From: Candidatus Woesearchaeota archaeon
GTDB lineage: Archaea; Nanobdellota; Nanobdellia; Pacearchaeales; GW2011-AR1
Reading direction: 5' to 3'
NCBI GenBank assembly: GCA_964418495.1
Contig: CAYQLQ010000001.1
Location: forward strand, 1 to 40,051
DNA length: 40,051 nt
The notes below the pieces were generated by a model that was not told the origin of the DNA, did not search any database, and saw only the letters and a list, made by a program, of their open reading frames with translations. Shown piece by piece: positions 1-9,034 of the stretch. The position numbers and the translations under genes are program-made. Within the stretch, counting starts at the first letter, position 1. The number at the start of each line of letters is the position of its first letter.

Positions 1-2259
1 AATGATTTTACAATTTCTGGTTGGACTTTAGCGTTGAATAATGGGAGTGTTGTAAATAATTTAGAAAATCTAACTATTGGTGCTGGAGGAATATTAACTC
101 ATCAGCCAAATTATGTTACAGACCAATATCATTTAGAATTTAATTTAACAAAGATGATAATACAAGAAGGGGGTGCAATTGATGTTAGTAAAATGGGGTA
201 TGGCGGGGGTTATGGGATAGGTAAAGGTGGGGCGTCTACTAATGGTGGGGGTGGCGCAGGGTATGGTGGAGTGGGCGGTGCAGGAAAAAGTGGTACTGCT
301 GCAGGGGGAATAACTTACGGGAATATAACTTTCCCAGATGTTCTTGGGAGTGGTGGGGGACATGGAAATAGAATAGATTATAATGCACGAGGAGGTTCAG
401 GAGGAGGATTTGTGAAGATAACTTCTGCAATTATTAATATTTCTGGGACAGTATCTTCTAATGGCGAGAACGGTCAGGGAGGGGGTAATTATGCTGGGGG
501 CGGTGGTTCAGGTGGAAGTGTCTGGCTTGTTACAAATAGTGTTGTAGGCACAGGGAGTATTACTGCAAATGGGGGAGCCGGGGGTAATGCGGTTAGTGAC
601 GGTGGTGGAGGTGGAGGAGGAAGAATCCACATACAGGCAGGTGATTTTAGTTTCTTAGGAACCTTGACAAGTTTAGGTGGAGATGGTCCTGGCACTGCAA
701 CTGATGGTGAAAACGGAACAATTCTTACAGATGCTGACGGACCGACGGTTGCGATTGTGTATCCTGCAAATACAACTTATACTGCGAATGTTTCTGAATT
801 GAATTATACTATTTCAGATGCAACAGGTTCAGACAGATGTTGGTATTCTGTTAATAGTGGGGATGTGAATTCGTCGACGGTGGCGGCAGGAACAAATTTT
901 ACAGATGTTGAATCGTCAGAAGGAAGCAACACATGGACACTTTATTGTAATGATACTTTAGGAAATGAGAATTCTACAAGTATGACTTTTGCAAGAGATA
1001 CAATAAATCCACAAGTAGTAATTGAGAGCCCTTCATCAGGATGGCACAATGTGTCTATTCTGGATTATAATGTTTCAGTAGATGAAGCAGTAAGTTCCTG
1101 CGAGTGGATTGCTACTGGTATGGATACTCCTGAAACAATGAGTGAATTTAATTCAACTTATTATAATTACACTAAATCAGGATTATCAGATTCAGGGCAG
1201 GGAGGGTTAATATCTCTAACTTTTACATGTACAGATTTATTAGGAAATGTGAATGATACCGAAGTAGTTTCCTTTAGTATTGATACAACAAATCCGCAGA
1301 TTGATTATGATACTGGAACAGAAGAGGATGGAGCAAAGACAGATGCAGATAGTATTTATGTAGCTGTAGAGGTAACAGAGGTAAATGAAGAATCAACTAT
1401 CTTCACTTTATTTAATTCAACAGGGGAGGTAAATTCCACAATGTTTACTGATACTACAAGAAATATAAACTGGACGAGTTTGCCTGACGGGGATTATTAT
1501 TACAACGTCACAGTTAATGATACAATGGGGCATGTAAATTACACCGCGACGCGAACGATCACTCTTTTATCCTCGTGCCTTGGTTTGAGTGGTTGTGCGG
1601 AAGACAGCAACTGTGTTGTTGATGCAGATTGTGTTCTTCATTCTGGATTGTGCACAGGCGGAATCTGCCAGTTTGCGAATTTCACTATAAACGCATCTAT
1701 GTATAGTTTGTATGATTCTGTTGACGGAAGAAATTTAGTCATGAATATCTCGGATAAAATTTTGTTTTTAACTGGAAATAAGATTGAGTTTTCTGGGAAG
1801 AACGGGACGCAAGGCGGAGACGCGGGAATTTTGAACATCACAACGCAGGCGGGGAAATTATTCAACACAACTTCGGGAGTGATTGTGGGGCGGGGGGGAT
1901 ACTCAAGTGCGGGTGGAAACGTTGGAGGAAATGGAGGAATTTTCCAGATGAATTATTGGGGGAAGATTCGGAACTTTACAGATAGTAGTTCAATAACTGT
2001 AACAGCAGGAGATTCTTTGGATAGTGGTTATGGGGCAAACGGAACAATTGTAATGAACCGTGATACAACGACGACGCCGAGGGATGTGGATGTGACGGAT
2101 AATGGAATTGTGAATGGTGGAGACCTTATCCAGATTAGGAATAATTATAATAAACAGTTAGGAGATGTTGGTTATAGTGTTAATTATGATATTAATGCGG
2201 ATAGCAACTTGAATATTAAGGATATTTATAAGATTGGTTTCGAGTATCTAACCAGATAA
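1..2259 (+). CDS. Large surface protein with its 5' end outside the window. It has Gly-rich solenoid-like repeats, three Ig-like modules, a Cys-rich linker, a second Gly-rich block and a C-terminal dockerin-like double Ca-loop.
   Basis: Frame 1 is open from nt 1 (NDFTISGWTLA precedes the track's TTG at 34). There are GGxGG runs. The ~95-aa modules open with DGPTVAIVYP, DTINPQVVIESP and DTTNPQIDYD. The tail DVTDNGIVNGGD...DINADSNLNIKD fits a 12-residue dockerin/EF-hand loop twice. N-x-S/T sequons are numerous. Confidence 0.7.
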   Translation, partial: NDFTISGWTLALNNGSVVNNLENLTIGAGGILTHQPNYVTDQYHLEFNLTKMIIQEGGAIDVSKMGYGGGYGIGKGGASTNGGGGAGYGGVGGAGKSGTAAGGITYGNITFPDVLGSGGGHGNRIDYNARGGSGGGFVKITSAIINISGTVSSNGENGQGGGNYAGGGGSGGSVWLVTNSVVGTGSITANGGAGGNAVSDGGGGGGGRIHIQAGDFSFLGTLTSLGGDGPGTATDGENGTILTDADGPTVAIVYPANTTYTANVSELNYTISDATGSDRCWYSVNSGDVNSSTVAAGTNFTDVESSEGSNTWTLYCNDTLGNENSTSMTFARDTINPQVVIESPSSGWHNVSILDYNVSVDEAVSSCEWIATGMDTPETMSEFNSTYYNYTKSGLSDSGQGGLISLTFTCTDLLGNVNDTEVVSFSIDTTNPQIDYDTGTEEDGAKTDADSIYVAVEVTEVNEESTIFTLFNSTGEVNSTMFTDTTRNINWTSLPDGDYYYNVTVNDTMGHVNYTATRTITLLSSCLGLSGCAEDSNCVVDADCVLHSGLCTGGICQFANFTINASMYSLYDSVDGRNLVMNISDKILFLTGNKIEFSGKNGTQGGDAGILNITTQAGKLFNTTSGVIVGRGGYSSAGGNVGGNGGIFQMNYWGKIRNFTDSSSITVTAGDSLDSGYGANGTIVMNRDTTTTPRDVDVTDNGIVNGGDLIQIRNNYNKQLGDVGYSVNYDINADSNLNIKDIYKIGFEYLTR

Positions 2260-2273
2260 GCAAAACAATAAAG

Positions 2274-2281
2274 CTTATAAA
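2274..2281 (+). promoter_or_regulatory. TATA-like box (CTTATAAA)
   Basis: The last base lies 22 nt before ATG 2303, the same spacing seen at more than 20 other genes in the window. Confidence 0.55.
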
Positions 2282-2302
2282 TCTGGTTTTTGAGTTAGGA
2301 GG

Positions 2303-3442
2303 ATGGGAAGAATAACAAGTGGGCTGAAAACCCTTGCAGGAATTTTAGGAATGGTTGGAGCATCATATGCTTCTGGGGCACATATTGCCATTGGCGCAGA
2401 TAATGGGCAATTTAAGTCTGGACAAGTGCATAGTTTGTGGGTAGGTGCGGAGAATACTGGTCTAGAAAATCAACCCACCGATGGACTTGATTGGAGAGTA
2501 ACTGTGCCAAGTTATATTGAAGTTTTAAGTATATCAAGACCAGAGTCAGATATGGACTTTTTTCAAGGGCCCATGTTTTTTGAAATTTTACAGTTGCCTC
2601 CAAAGGGTTGTGGGAGAATTGTAAGAGACTATGGTGCAGGACCTGTAAATTCTGGACCAAATCTAAAGCCGGTGGCTATGTATACTTTTAGAATTAATCC
2701 AGATGTTCCAGAAGAGGATCTTCCAGTGAATGGGAGTTTTAATTTATCAGATACTAATTTTTGGAGTCCTGATGGGAATGAACAGCCGCATACGTCTTCT
2801 GGTTTTGATTTTACTACAGGCACCCTTGAGAATCGCGTGACTTTTTATAGTATTCCTAGCACAGGAGTTTGGGAGGAGGGGGTTGTGAATACTTTTGGAG
2901 TTTATATTAATTCAAGGGAAATGCCTCTTACTAAGATTGGTGAGGTTGGTTGGAGCTTGAAGGTTCCTGATGGAATTAATATTATTGAGGGGATGATTCC
3001 AGCAACAGAGGAAGATTTTTTTGGGGGATATGATATGGGGGTGAATACTGTGGGTTCCTTTGTGGATCCCTTAGGTTATCTCGGAGGTAATCAGAGGAGT
3101 GTTTCAGGTTTAGAAGGACCTTCGGATTCATTTAAACTAATTGGAAATTATTCTGCGTTTGCAGATGAAACTTTTACAGGGAGGGGCACTTTTGGTTTTG
3201 ATAAAGATTCTTGTTGGGTTAGTGATATTGGCGGGCAAGAACTTCCTGTTCATTTTGCTAGTTTAGGATTTCAATCTTCAAATTATGTTCCAGAACCTTC
3301 GACACTTTTGGGCTTAGGAATTGGTGCCGGAGGATTAGCGGTTAAACTTTTGCATTCTGGAAATGTTCCGGAGAATCATTCTGAAACAATTGGTTCGCGA
3401 AATTGCCGGCGTGCTTATTCAGAGAGTTCTGTTACTTGTTAA
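2303..3442 (+). CDS. Secreted protein with two internally duplicated beta-sandwich-like halves and a PEP-CTERM-like C-terminal motif
   Basis: The N-terminus is hydrophobic (GILGMVGASYASGA). The two halves align by eye: DGLDWRVTVPSYIEVLSISRPESDMDFFQG vs EVGWSLKVPDGINIIEGMIPATEEDFFGG. The C-terminus reads VPEPSTLLGLGIGAGGLAVKLL. Confidence 0.6.
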   Translation: MGRITSGLKTLAGILGMVGASYASGAHIAIGADNGQFKSGQVHSLWVGAENTGLENQPTDGLDWRVTVPSYIEVLSISRPESDMDFFQGPMFFEILQLPPKGCGRIVRDYGAGPVNSGPNLKPVAMYTFRINPDVPEEDLPVNGSFNLSDTNFWSPDGNEQPHTSSGFDFTTGTLENRVTFYSIPSTGVWEEGVVNTFGVYINSREMPLTKIGEVGWSLKVPDGINIIEGMIPATEEDFFGGYDMGVNTVGSFVDPLGYLGGNQRSVSGLEGPSDSFKLIGNYSAFADETFTGRGTFGFDKDSCWVSDIGGQELPVHFASLGFQSSNYVPEPSTLLGLGIGAGGLAVKLLHSGNVPENHSETIGSRNCRRAYSESSVTC

Positions 3443-3480
3443 ACAATAACATTTAAAATATAGTTTTTGTTAGTTAGTTT

Positions 3481-4764
3481 ATGAATAAAAGAGGGTTAGT
3501 TGTTTTTGTTTTGTTAGCGGTGGTGCTTGTTGGATTTGCTTCGGCAGCGACGAGCGTTAGCATGACGACGGTTAGTTCTACGAAAAAGACAGTTAATATT
3601 GCAAGTGCTGTGAATCTTTATGCGTATGAAGTTGCGTTTGATTATACTTCTTCAATAAGTTCTGTTGACGACGCGAATTTTTTAGGTTCTGATTTTGCGA
3701 GCACGACTTCGAGTAGTAATGAAAAAACAAATATTCTTTATGTTTATAGTTCGCGGTTGGACAGTGCGCAACAGGGAATTAGCGGAAGCGGGCAGTTGTT
3801 TGATGTTACTCACGATGGAACTCTTTCGTTGAGATATGCGATGTTTGTTACAAATGATTCTACAGAGACGTTAGTGCTTTACAATGTAAGTTCTGTAACT
3901 TGTGGGGATGGGACTTGTGAAGGGACAGAGACTTGTGCTAATTGTCCTTCTGATTGTGGGCAGTGCGCGAGCGGGGGGTCAACTGGTGGAGGAGGGGGAG
4001 GAAGCGCGCCACCTTCGTTAGACACCCTTACTTCAAGTCCGTCGTCGTTTAATCTTGCAGGAACTTTCGGACTTTCTGCTCCGGGGAAAATTTCTCTTAC
4101 TAACACAGGGGATGTTGCGCTTTCAGTAACTCCAAAACTTTCAGGGCTTTTGGGAATTGTTAACTTTAAAAAATCTTTAGTTAATATTGCGCCAGGGGCG
4201 ACGGAGATTTTGGAGTTTGATATTGTCTCGTCTTCAGAGCCGGGAATTTATACTGGGAAATTAATTTTTTCTGCGAATAATAAAAATCTTGAAGTTCCTT
4301 TTGCGCTGAATGTTCGTTCGGAATTGAGTTTGTTTGACGTTTCAGTTGACCTTGCTGACGAGTTTAAACATGTTTCTTCTGGGGATAAAATAACGTCGCA
4401 GATAACTCTTCTTCAGGCAGGACTTCAGGAAAAAATGGACGTGACCTTGAATTATGTTGTTAAGGATTTCGACGGAAATGTTCATCTTACAGAAAGTGAG
4501 ACTGTGATGGTTTTCCAACAGAAAAGTTTTAACAAGGAAATTGATACGCATCTTCTTGCACCGGGGGATTATGTGTTGGGCGCAGAAGTTATTTATCCGG
4601 GGGGAATAGCGACGGCAAGTTCGCAGTTTAGTGTGGTTGATAATTCTCTTATTGGAAAGTCAAGTTTGATTTACTGGATTCTTCTCGCTTCGGTGTTGAT
4701 TGTTTTCGTGATAATTATTATTGTCCTCGTGAAATTTAGAAAACTTCCGAGGAGGGCAAAATGA
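3481..4764 (+). CDS. Membrane-anchored surface protein: signal peptide, cohesin-like N-domain, Cys-rich knot, poly-Gly linker, two beta-sandwich domains and a C-terminal TM
   Basis: The signal peptide is VVFVLLAVVLVGFASA. VNLYAYEVAFDYTSSISSVDDANFLG resembles a cohesin core strand pattern. Other elements are CGDGTCEGTETCANCPSDCGQC, GGSTGGGGGGS and the C-terminal LIYWILLASVLIVFVIIIIVLV followed by RKLPRRAK. Confidence 0.6.
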   Translation: MNKRGLVVFVLLAVVLVGFASAATSVSMTTVSSTKKTVNIASAVNLYAYEVAFDYTSSISSVDDANFLGSDFASTTSSSNEKTNILYVYSSRLDSAQQGISGSGQLFDVTHDGTLSLRYAMFVTNDSTETLVLYNVSSVTCGDGTCEGTETCANCPSDCGQCASGGSTGGGGGGSAPPSLDTLTSSPSSFNLAGTFGLSAPGKISLTNTGDVALSVTPKLSGLLGIVNFKKSLVNIAPGATEILEFDIVSSSEPGIYTGKLIFSANNKNLEVPFALNVRSELSLFDVSVDLADEFKHVSSGDKITSQITLLQAGLQEKMDVTLNYVVKDFDGNVHLTESETVMVFQQKSFNKEIDTHLLAPGDYVLGAEVIYPGGIATASSQFSVVDNSLIGKSSLIYWILLASVLIVFVIIIIVLVKFRKLPRRAK

Positions 4765-5927
4765 ACCGTAAAAGAATTTTGATTGTTTTTGGAGTGGTTG
4801 TGGCTCTTGCGATTGCTGGATATTTTATATTTTTTCATGGAGGAAATGGTTCTTTTACAGTTGATACGATTCTTTTGAAATCTGTGATAAAGCAGGGGGG
4901 CGTTCTTTCGAATAATGTTGAAATTAAAAGTTTGGAGGGTGGGCAGAATTTTCGGGTTTATCTTGAAGGTGTGAGTGATATGTTTTCGCCGAGCGAGACA
5001 GAATTTGTTTTGGGTGATGGGGAATCCACGACGCTGAAAATTACTTTTGACGACGGAGAACATCCCCCTGGGGTTTATGTTGGTGAGCTTGTTATTGAAG
5101 GGGGGGGCAATGAAAAAAGAATTCCGGTGATTCTTGATATTCAGGGCGCGTTTTCAAATTTCGCTTTGAATCTTCAGGCAGGTCCAAGTTACAAACAGGT
5201 TTCTCCGGGCGAGACTGTGTCTGTGGAAATACGGGCGTTTAATCTTATTGAAAATCCTGCGAGGACCGTGGATGTTGTTTATTCAGTTTTGAATTCAAAA
5301 GGAAGCGTGGTTATTTCGGAACAGGATTCTCTTGCGATGGGTTCTTCAATAACAAAAACTTTTTCCCTTCCTGAAGATTTGCCGTTGGGTGCTTATGTTT
5401 TTACTGCGGTTGCTATGGACGAAGCTTCTGTTGGGACAGCGAGTTATTTGTTTAAAGTTGTTGATAAAAAAACTTCTTCTGTCGCAGGGTCGGATTCTAT
5501 TTATCTCGTGATTTTTATTTTTGCGTTTCTTTTTGCGATTGTCCTTTTGGTAATTTATATGTTTTATGAGAGAAATAAATTATTTTTGGAATTAAGAAAA
5601 CAGCAGACTTGTGAGATGAAAAATCTTGTTGAGAAACTTCGGGAAAAAGAGAAAGTTGCGATTGCGAGAGCTAAGAAGCCTGAGAGAAAGATTGTCGTCG
5701 AGAAGTTTAAAAAAATTGAGAAGAGCGTTGTTGCGAAAGTTAAGCAGAAGCAGAAAAAGCAGAGAATTGAATTTAAGAAATTGAAAAAGCAGAATCGGAA
5801 AAGCGAGATGGAGAAGAAATTGCAGATGTGGAAGAAAGAAGGATTTAATGTTGGTGAGTTTGCGTCGAATAGAAAAGTTACGGGGAAAGATGTTCGGAAA
5901 TTGACGGGGCAGGGGTATCGGATTTAA
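4761..5927 (+). CDS. Bitopic membrane protein and paralog of the C-terminal half of the upstream gene, with a Lys-rich cytoplasmic tail
   Basis: It overlaps the upstream stop by ATGA. PPGVYVGELVIEGGGNEKRIPVILDI matches EPGIYTGKLIFSANNKNLEVPFALNV, and LPLGAYVFTAVAMDEASVGTASYLFKVVD matches LAPGDYVLGAEVIYPGGIATASSQFSVVD. It has two TM segments and a K/E tail. Confidence 0.6.
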   Translation: MNRKRILIVFGVVVALAIAGYFIFFHGGNGSFTVDTILLKSVIKQGGVLSNNVEIKSLEGGQNFRVYLEGVSDMFSPSETEFVLGDGESTTLKITFDDGEHPPGVYVGELVIEGGGNEKRIPVILDIQGAFSNFALNLQAGPSYKQVSPGETVSVEIRAFNLIENPARTVDVVYSVLNSKGSVVISEQDSLAMGSSITKTFSLPEDLPLGAYVFTAVAMDEASVGTASYLFKVVDKKTSSVAGSDSIYLVIFIFAFLFAIVLLVIYMFYERNKLFLELRKQQTCEMKNLVEKLREKEKVAIARAKKPERKIVVEKFKKIEKSVVAKVKQKQKKQRIEFKKLKKQNRKSEMEKKLQMWKKEGFNVGEFASNRKVTGKDVRKLTGQGYRI

Positions 5928-5971
5928 AATAGTAAGATATAAAAACAAATTTTGTTTATTAAAGTAATAAC

Positions 5972-7549
5972 ATGGTGAAAAAAAAGAGGGCGAAGAAGGT
6001 GAAGTCTGGAGAAGTTGTTAAAAATAATTTTGAGATTTTCGCGCAGGGTGTTACGAGGCTGAAAGAGTTGAAGGCAGAGTTGGATTCTATAGACACGCGG
6101 GGATTTGCTCGGGAGGAACAGGCGATTCGGGCGAAGTTGAAAAATGTTTCTGATATTCCGACGATAGAAAGAGAAATGAAAATTTTGCGGGCGAAAATAA
6201 ACCGGAAATATAAGCCGAGGAAGAAAGCGAGTCCGGTGAAAAAGATTAATAAAAAAATTGAGGATTTGCAGGACGATGTGCAGGATGTTTCGCGGTTGAA
6301 GGGCGAGATAAAAAATTTGTCGAAGAAGATAGAAGAAATGAATAAGAAAAAGCGGATGAAAATTGACGTCGGCGTTGGTTCTGTTGTGGATTCTAATTTT
6401 GATAATTTTCTTGGGGAGATAAAAGCAGAACTTTCTGGAAGAGTGAAATCGCGGGAGAAAGAACTTTCGGAAAATTTGAAGGCGGATTTGAAAGCGAGAG
6501 AGGAAAAGTTCGCGGGGCTTTATTCTGAATTGGCGAGGGATTTTAATAATCGGAAAAATAAACTTGAGAAAAAACTTGCGAAGAGATATCAGCAGAAAGT
6601 TCAGAGTAAATTGAAGAAAGAAGTTTCTGAAAAGTTTAATGAGAAACTTCGGAGCAAGTTGGATTCGGAGAAAGAAAATGCGAAGAGGAAATATTTACAA
6701 GAAGTTAAAAAATCGGAACAGCAAGAGTTGGAGCGGCATAAGAAAATTCTTGCGAATAAACTTCGTAGAAAGTTTGCGAAGAAATTAGAAGTTTTGAGAG
6801 CAGAGGAGAAAAAGTATTTGGATAATTTGAGTCATAAAGAAAAAGAGTTGCATGAGAATTTGAAAAGAGAGCGGAAGGCGTTGGAAAATTCTTTGAAGAC
6901 GAAAGAGAGCAACGACAGGAAGAAACTTCTGGGTGAAAGAGATGAATTGGTGAAACAGCGACGGGAATTGGGAAATCGTGTTGAGGCGTTGGAGTTGATG
7001 AGGAAATCTTTGAAAGACGACGCGAAGAAGAAAATTAGTGCGACAGAAAAGTCGCTTCGGGGGGAAGAGAAAAAGAAAGTTCGGCAGGAAATGCGAAAAG
7101 CAAAAGCAGAGATTAAAAAAATCCGGAGAGATTATTCTGAGAAAGAGAAGGTGCTCCGGAAAAAGGAAGAGGATTTTTCCCGACGGTTTAAGCAGAGATT
7201 GGGGAATCTCACAGAGGGGTTGATTCGCGAGAAAAAAGAGCGCGAGGAGATTATGAAAGAACGGGATGTTTTAGGACGCGCGAAACTTTCGTTGGAGCAA
7301 GAGAAACAGAAATTTGCAATTGACAGCGAGTTGGAGAAAAAGAAAGTAAAGGAAAATCTTGTGGAAGAGTTTCATCGAAAACTTCAGAAAGAAATGGCGA
7401 GTCGGGAGAATTCGTTGCGGGAGAATTTGAGAAATGAATATGAATTGAAGTTAAAGAAAAAAATACAGGAACAGGAAGAGGCGCTGAAAAAACGGAAACT
7501 TGATTTGGAACTTGAGATTCAGAAACGAATGAAAGAAGCTTTGAGTTAA
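5972..7549 (+). CDS. 525-aa K/E/R-rich predicted coiled-coil protein with no signal peptide
   Basis: The long ORF is almost uninterrupted charged heptad-like sequence (EKELSENLKADLKAREEKF...). No enzymatic motif was seen. Confidence 0.5.
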   Translation: MVKKKRAKKVKSGEVVKNNFEIFAQGVTRLKELKAELDSIDTRGFAREEQAIRAKLKNVSDIPTIEREMKILRAKINRKYKPRKKASPVKKINKKIEDLQDDVQDVSRLKGEIKNLSKKIEEMNKKKRMKIDVGVGSVVDSNFDNFLGEIKAELSGRVKSREKELSENLKADLKAREEKFAGLYSELARDFNNRKNKLEKKLAKRYQQKVQSKLKKEVSEKFNEKLRSKLDSEKENAKRKYLQEVKKSEQQELERHKKILANKLRRKFAKKLEVLRAEEKKYLDNLSHKEKELHENLKRERKALENSLKTKESNDRKKLLGERDELVKQRRELGNRVEALELMRKSLKDDAKKKISATEKSLRGEEKKKVRQEMRKAKAEIKKIRRDYSEKEKVLRKKEEDFSRRFKQRLGNLTEGLIREKKEREEIMKERDVLGRAKLSLEQEKQKFAIDSELEKKKVKENLVEEFHRKLQKEMASRENSLRENLRNEYELKLKKKIQEQEEALKKRKLDLELEIQKRMKEALS

Positions 7550-7636
7550 GGAATTAAAATTATTCTTTTATTTATTACTAATAATTAATGAATTTATTGA
7601 CGAAAGATTTTTATACTTCTTTCTTGTTTTTATTTT

Positions 7637-7900
7637 ATGATACTTAGAGAGATTGTCTTGGGACCTACCGAGGAAAATAAGCGAGAGATTATTTATGGGA
7701 ATTTTGGGAGACAGGTAATCGTTAAAGACATTCATGAAGGTTTGTGTCATGGGGTTCTTTTAGAGGAAGGTTCTGATAAGGAGGTCTATCAGATGAAGAT
7801 TGAAGATGCGAGAGGACGAAGACAACTTCACTATAATGATTTACTTCAATTAATCGCTTTATACAGTGATCGGAGATTTCCGCTTCCAAAAATTAGATAA
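7637..7900 (+). CDS. Small hypothetical protein (87 aa)
   Basis: The ORF has TTTTTATA at 7608..7615, ending 22 nt before its ATG. No recognisable motif was seen. Confidence 0.4.
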   Translation: MILREIVLGPTEENKREIIYGNFGRQVIVKDIHEGLCHGVLLEEGSDKEVYQMKIEDARGRRQLHYNDLLQLIALYSDRRFPLPKIR

Positions 7901-7911
7901 AATTATTATTT

Positions 7912-8544
7912 TTAAGGAATTCTCCTCGGTAATCTGATGTCTGAATTTTCTTTTATTTTTTTTATTCGTGGTTTTCGAGGTGCTTTCGGTTTTGGGCGAA
8001 GAGTTTTTGCGAGTTCGTCGAGTTCGGCAGGTTCGGCTTTGGTTCTTGGCGACGCGAGGTTTTCGTTTTCGTAAATCGGTAGAACATTCATGAGGGAGTG
8101 GCCGAAGAGGTTTGCGGTTTCTATTAAAATGTCTTTTGGTTTTAGAACTGATTTTATTTTTTTCGCGATTTTTTTCGCGAGGGCGAGAACCTGCGACGGG
8201 AGTTTGTCGGCTGTTTCTAAATGTTCTTTTGGGAGAATGAGTGTGTGTCCTTTGGAAATTGGATTCAGTTCGAGGACTGCGAGTGCTTTTTTATTTTCTC
8301 CGATTTGTGCTGACGGAATTTTTCCTTCGGCAATTGAACAGAAAACACATTGTTGTTCTGACGGCGAGCCGGCTTCACCGGATTTTACTAAATTGTTTTG
8401 AATTAGAAATTGCTCGAGTTGTTCAGAGTTCATTGAATTGATTTGCTCGATTGCCTGCGCTTTTTTGTCGTCGGGAAAAGTTGAATCTATCTGCCCGATG
8501 AGTTGTTTTTTTATCTGGGGGATTTGGTCTTCTTGAAGAGTCAT
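7912..8544 (-). CDS. HIT-fold protein with a degenerate histidine triad, an N-terminal helical extension and a basic tail
   Basis: CVFCSIAEGKIP and GHTLILPKEH match the HIT fold, but the triad position reads GHSLMNVLP (H-x-L-x-N). I chose the ATG at 8544; the track's GTG at 8553 is an alternative. Confidence 0.6.
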   Translation of the reverse strand: MTLQEDQIPQIKKQLIGQIDSTFPDDKKAQAIEQINSMNSEQLEQFLIQNNLVKSGEAGSPSEQQCVFCSIAEGKIPSAQIGENKKALAVLELNPISKGHTLILPKEHLETADKLPSQVLALAKKIAKKIKSVLKPKDILIETANLFGHSLMNVLPIYENENLASPRTKAEPAELDELAKTLRPKPKAPRKPRIKKIKENSDIRLPRRIP

Positions 8545-8549
8545 TTTAT

Positions 8550-9026
8550 TCACCTAGCTCTTTCTCTTAATTTAATTTTTATAAATCGCTCTCTTATCCA
8601 TTTATCAATTAAAATGAGGAATCCTCCAACAAAAATTATTCCGATTGTTATTTCGAGGCTAATATCCGTACTAAATGGAGAGACTTGGTTGAAGATGTAT
8701 ATGTTCATTATTAGGTAAAATCCCCAGAGAATTCTTCTAGAGGTGCTTCGCAGGTCTATAGAATAAATAAAAAAGAATACGATTATAAACGGAACTGCGA
8801 GGAGGATGATTGTTCCTAAGGAACTGTAAGTGTGTGCTAGAAAATCAATTTGATCCAGAGTCATATATCTTACTGCGAGTATTGCGATAATCACTCCGAT
8901 TATATAAGAGATGCTTTTGTTTTTTTTGAAGATTGTTATTTTTAATGCTTGTGAGACTACAAGAAAGATTATCAAGAATAGCGAGAGATTCAATATTAAA
9001 TTATCTGTTAAAAATTCTAAGTTCAT
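8550..9026 (-). CDS. 4-TM membrane protein, the short member of a local three-paralog family
   Basis: It shares IIGVIIAILAVRYM...LLAVPFIIVFFF...RRILWGFYL with the two neighbouring genes. Confidence 0.6.
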   Translation of the reverse strand: MNLEFLTDNLILNLSLFLIIFLVVSQALKITIFKKNKSISYIIGVIIAILAVRYMTLDQIDFLAHTYSSLGTIILLAVPFIIVFFFIYSIDLRSTSRRILWGFYLIMNIYIFNQVSPFSTDISLEITIGIIFVGGFLILIDKWIRERFIKIKLRERAR

Positions 9027-9034
9027 TTTTTATT

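Noticed and set aside
7038-7223. A 61-aa alternative-frame ORF inside the coiled-coil gene, and similar small shadow ORFs throughout the track
   Set aside because: These ORFs lie inside longer, better-supported frames and are by-products of purine-rich or low-complexity coding sequence.
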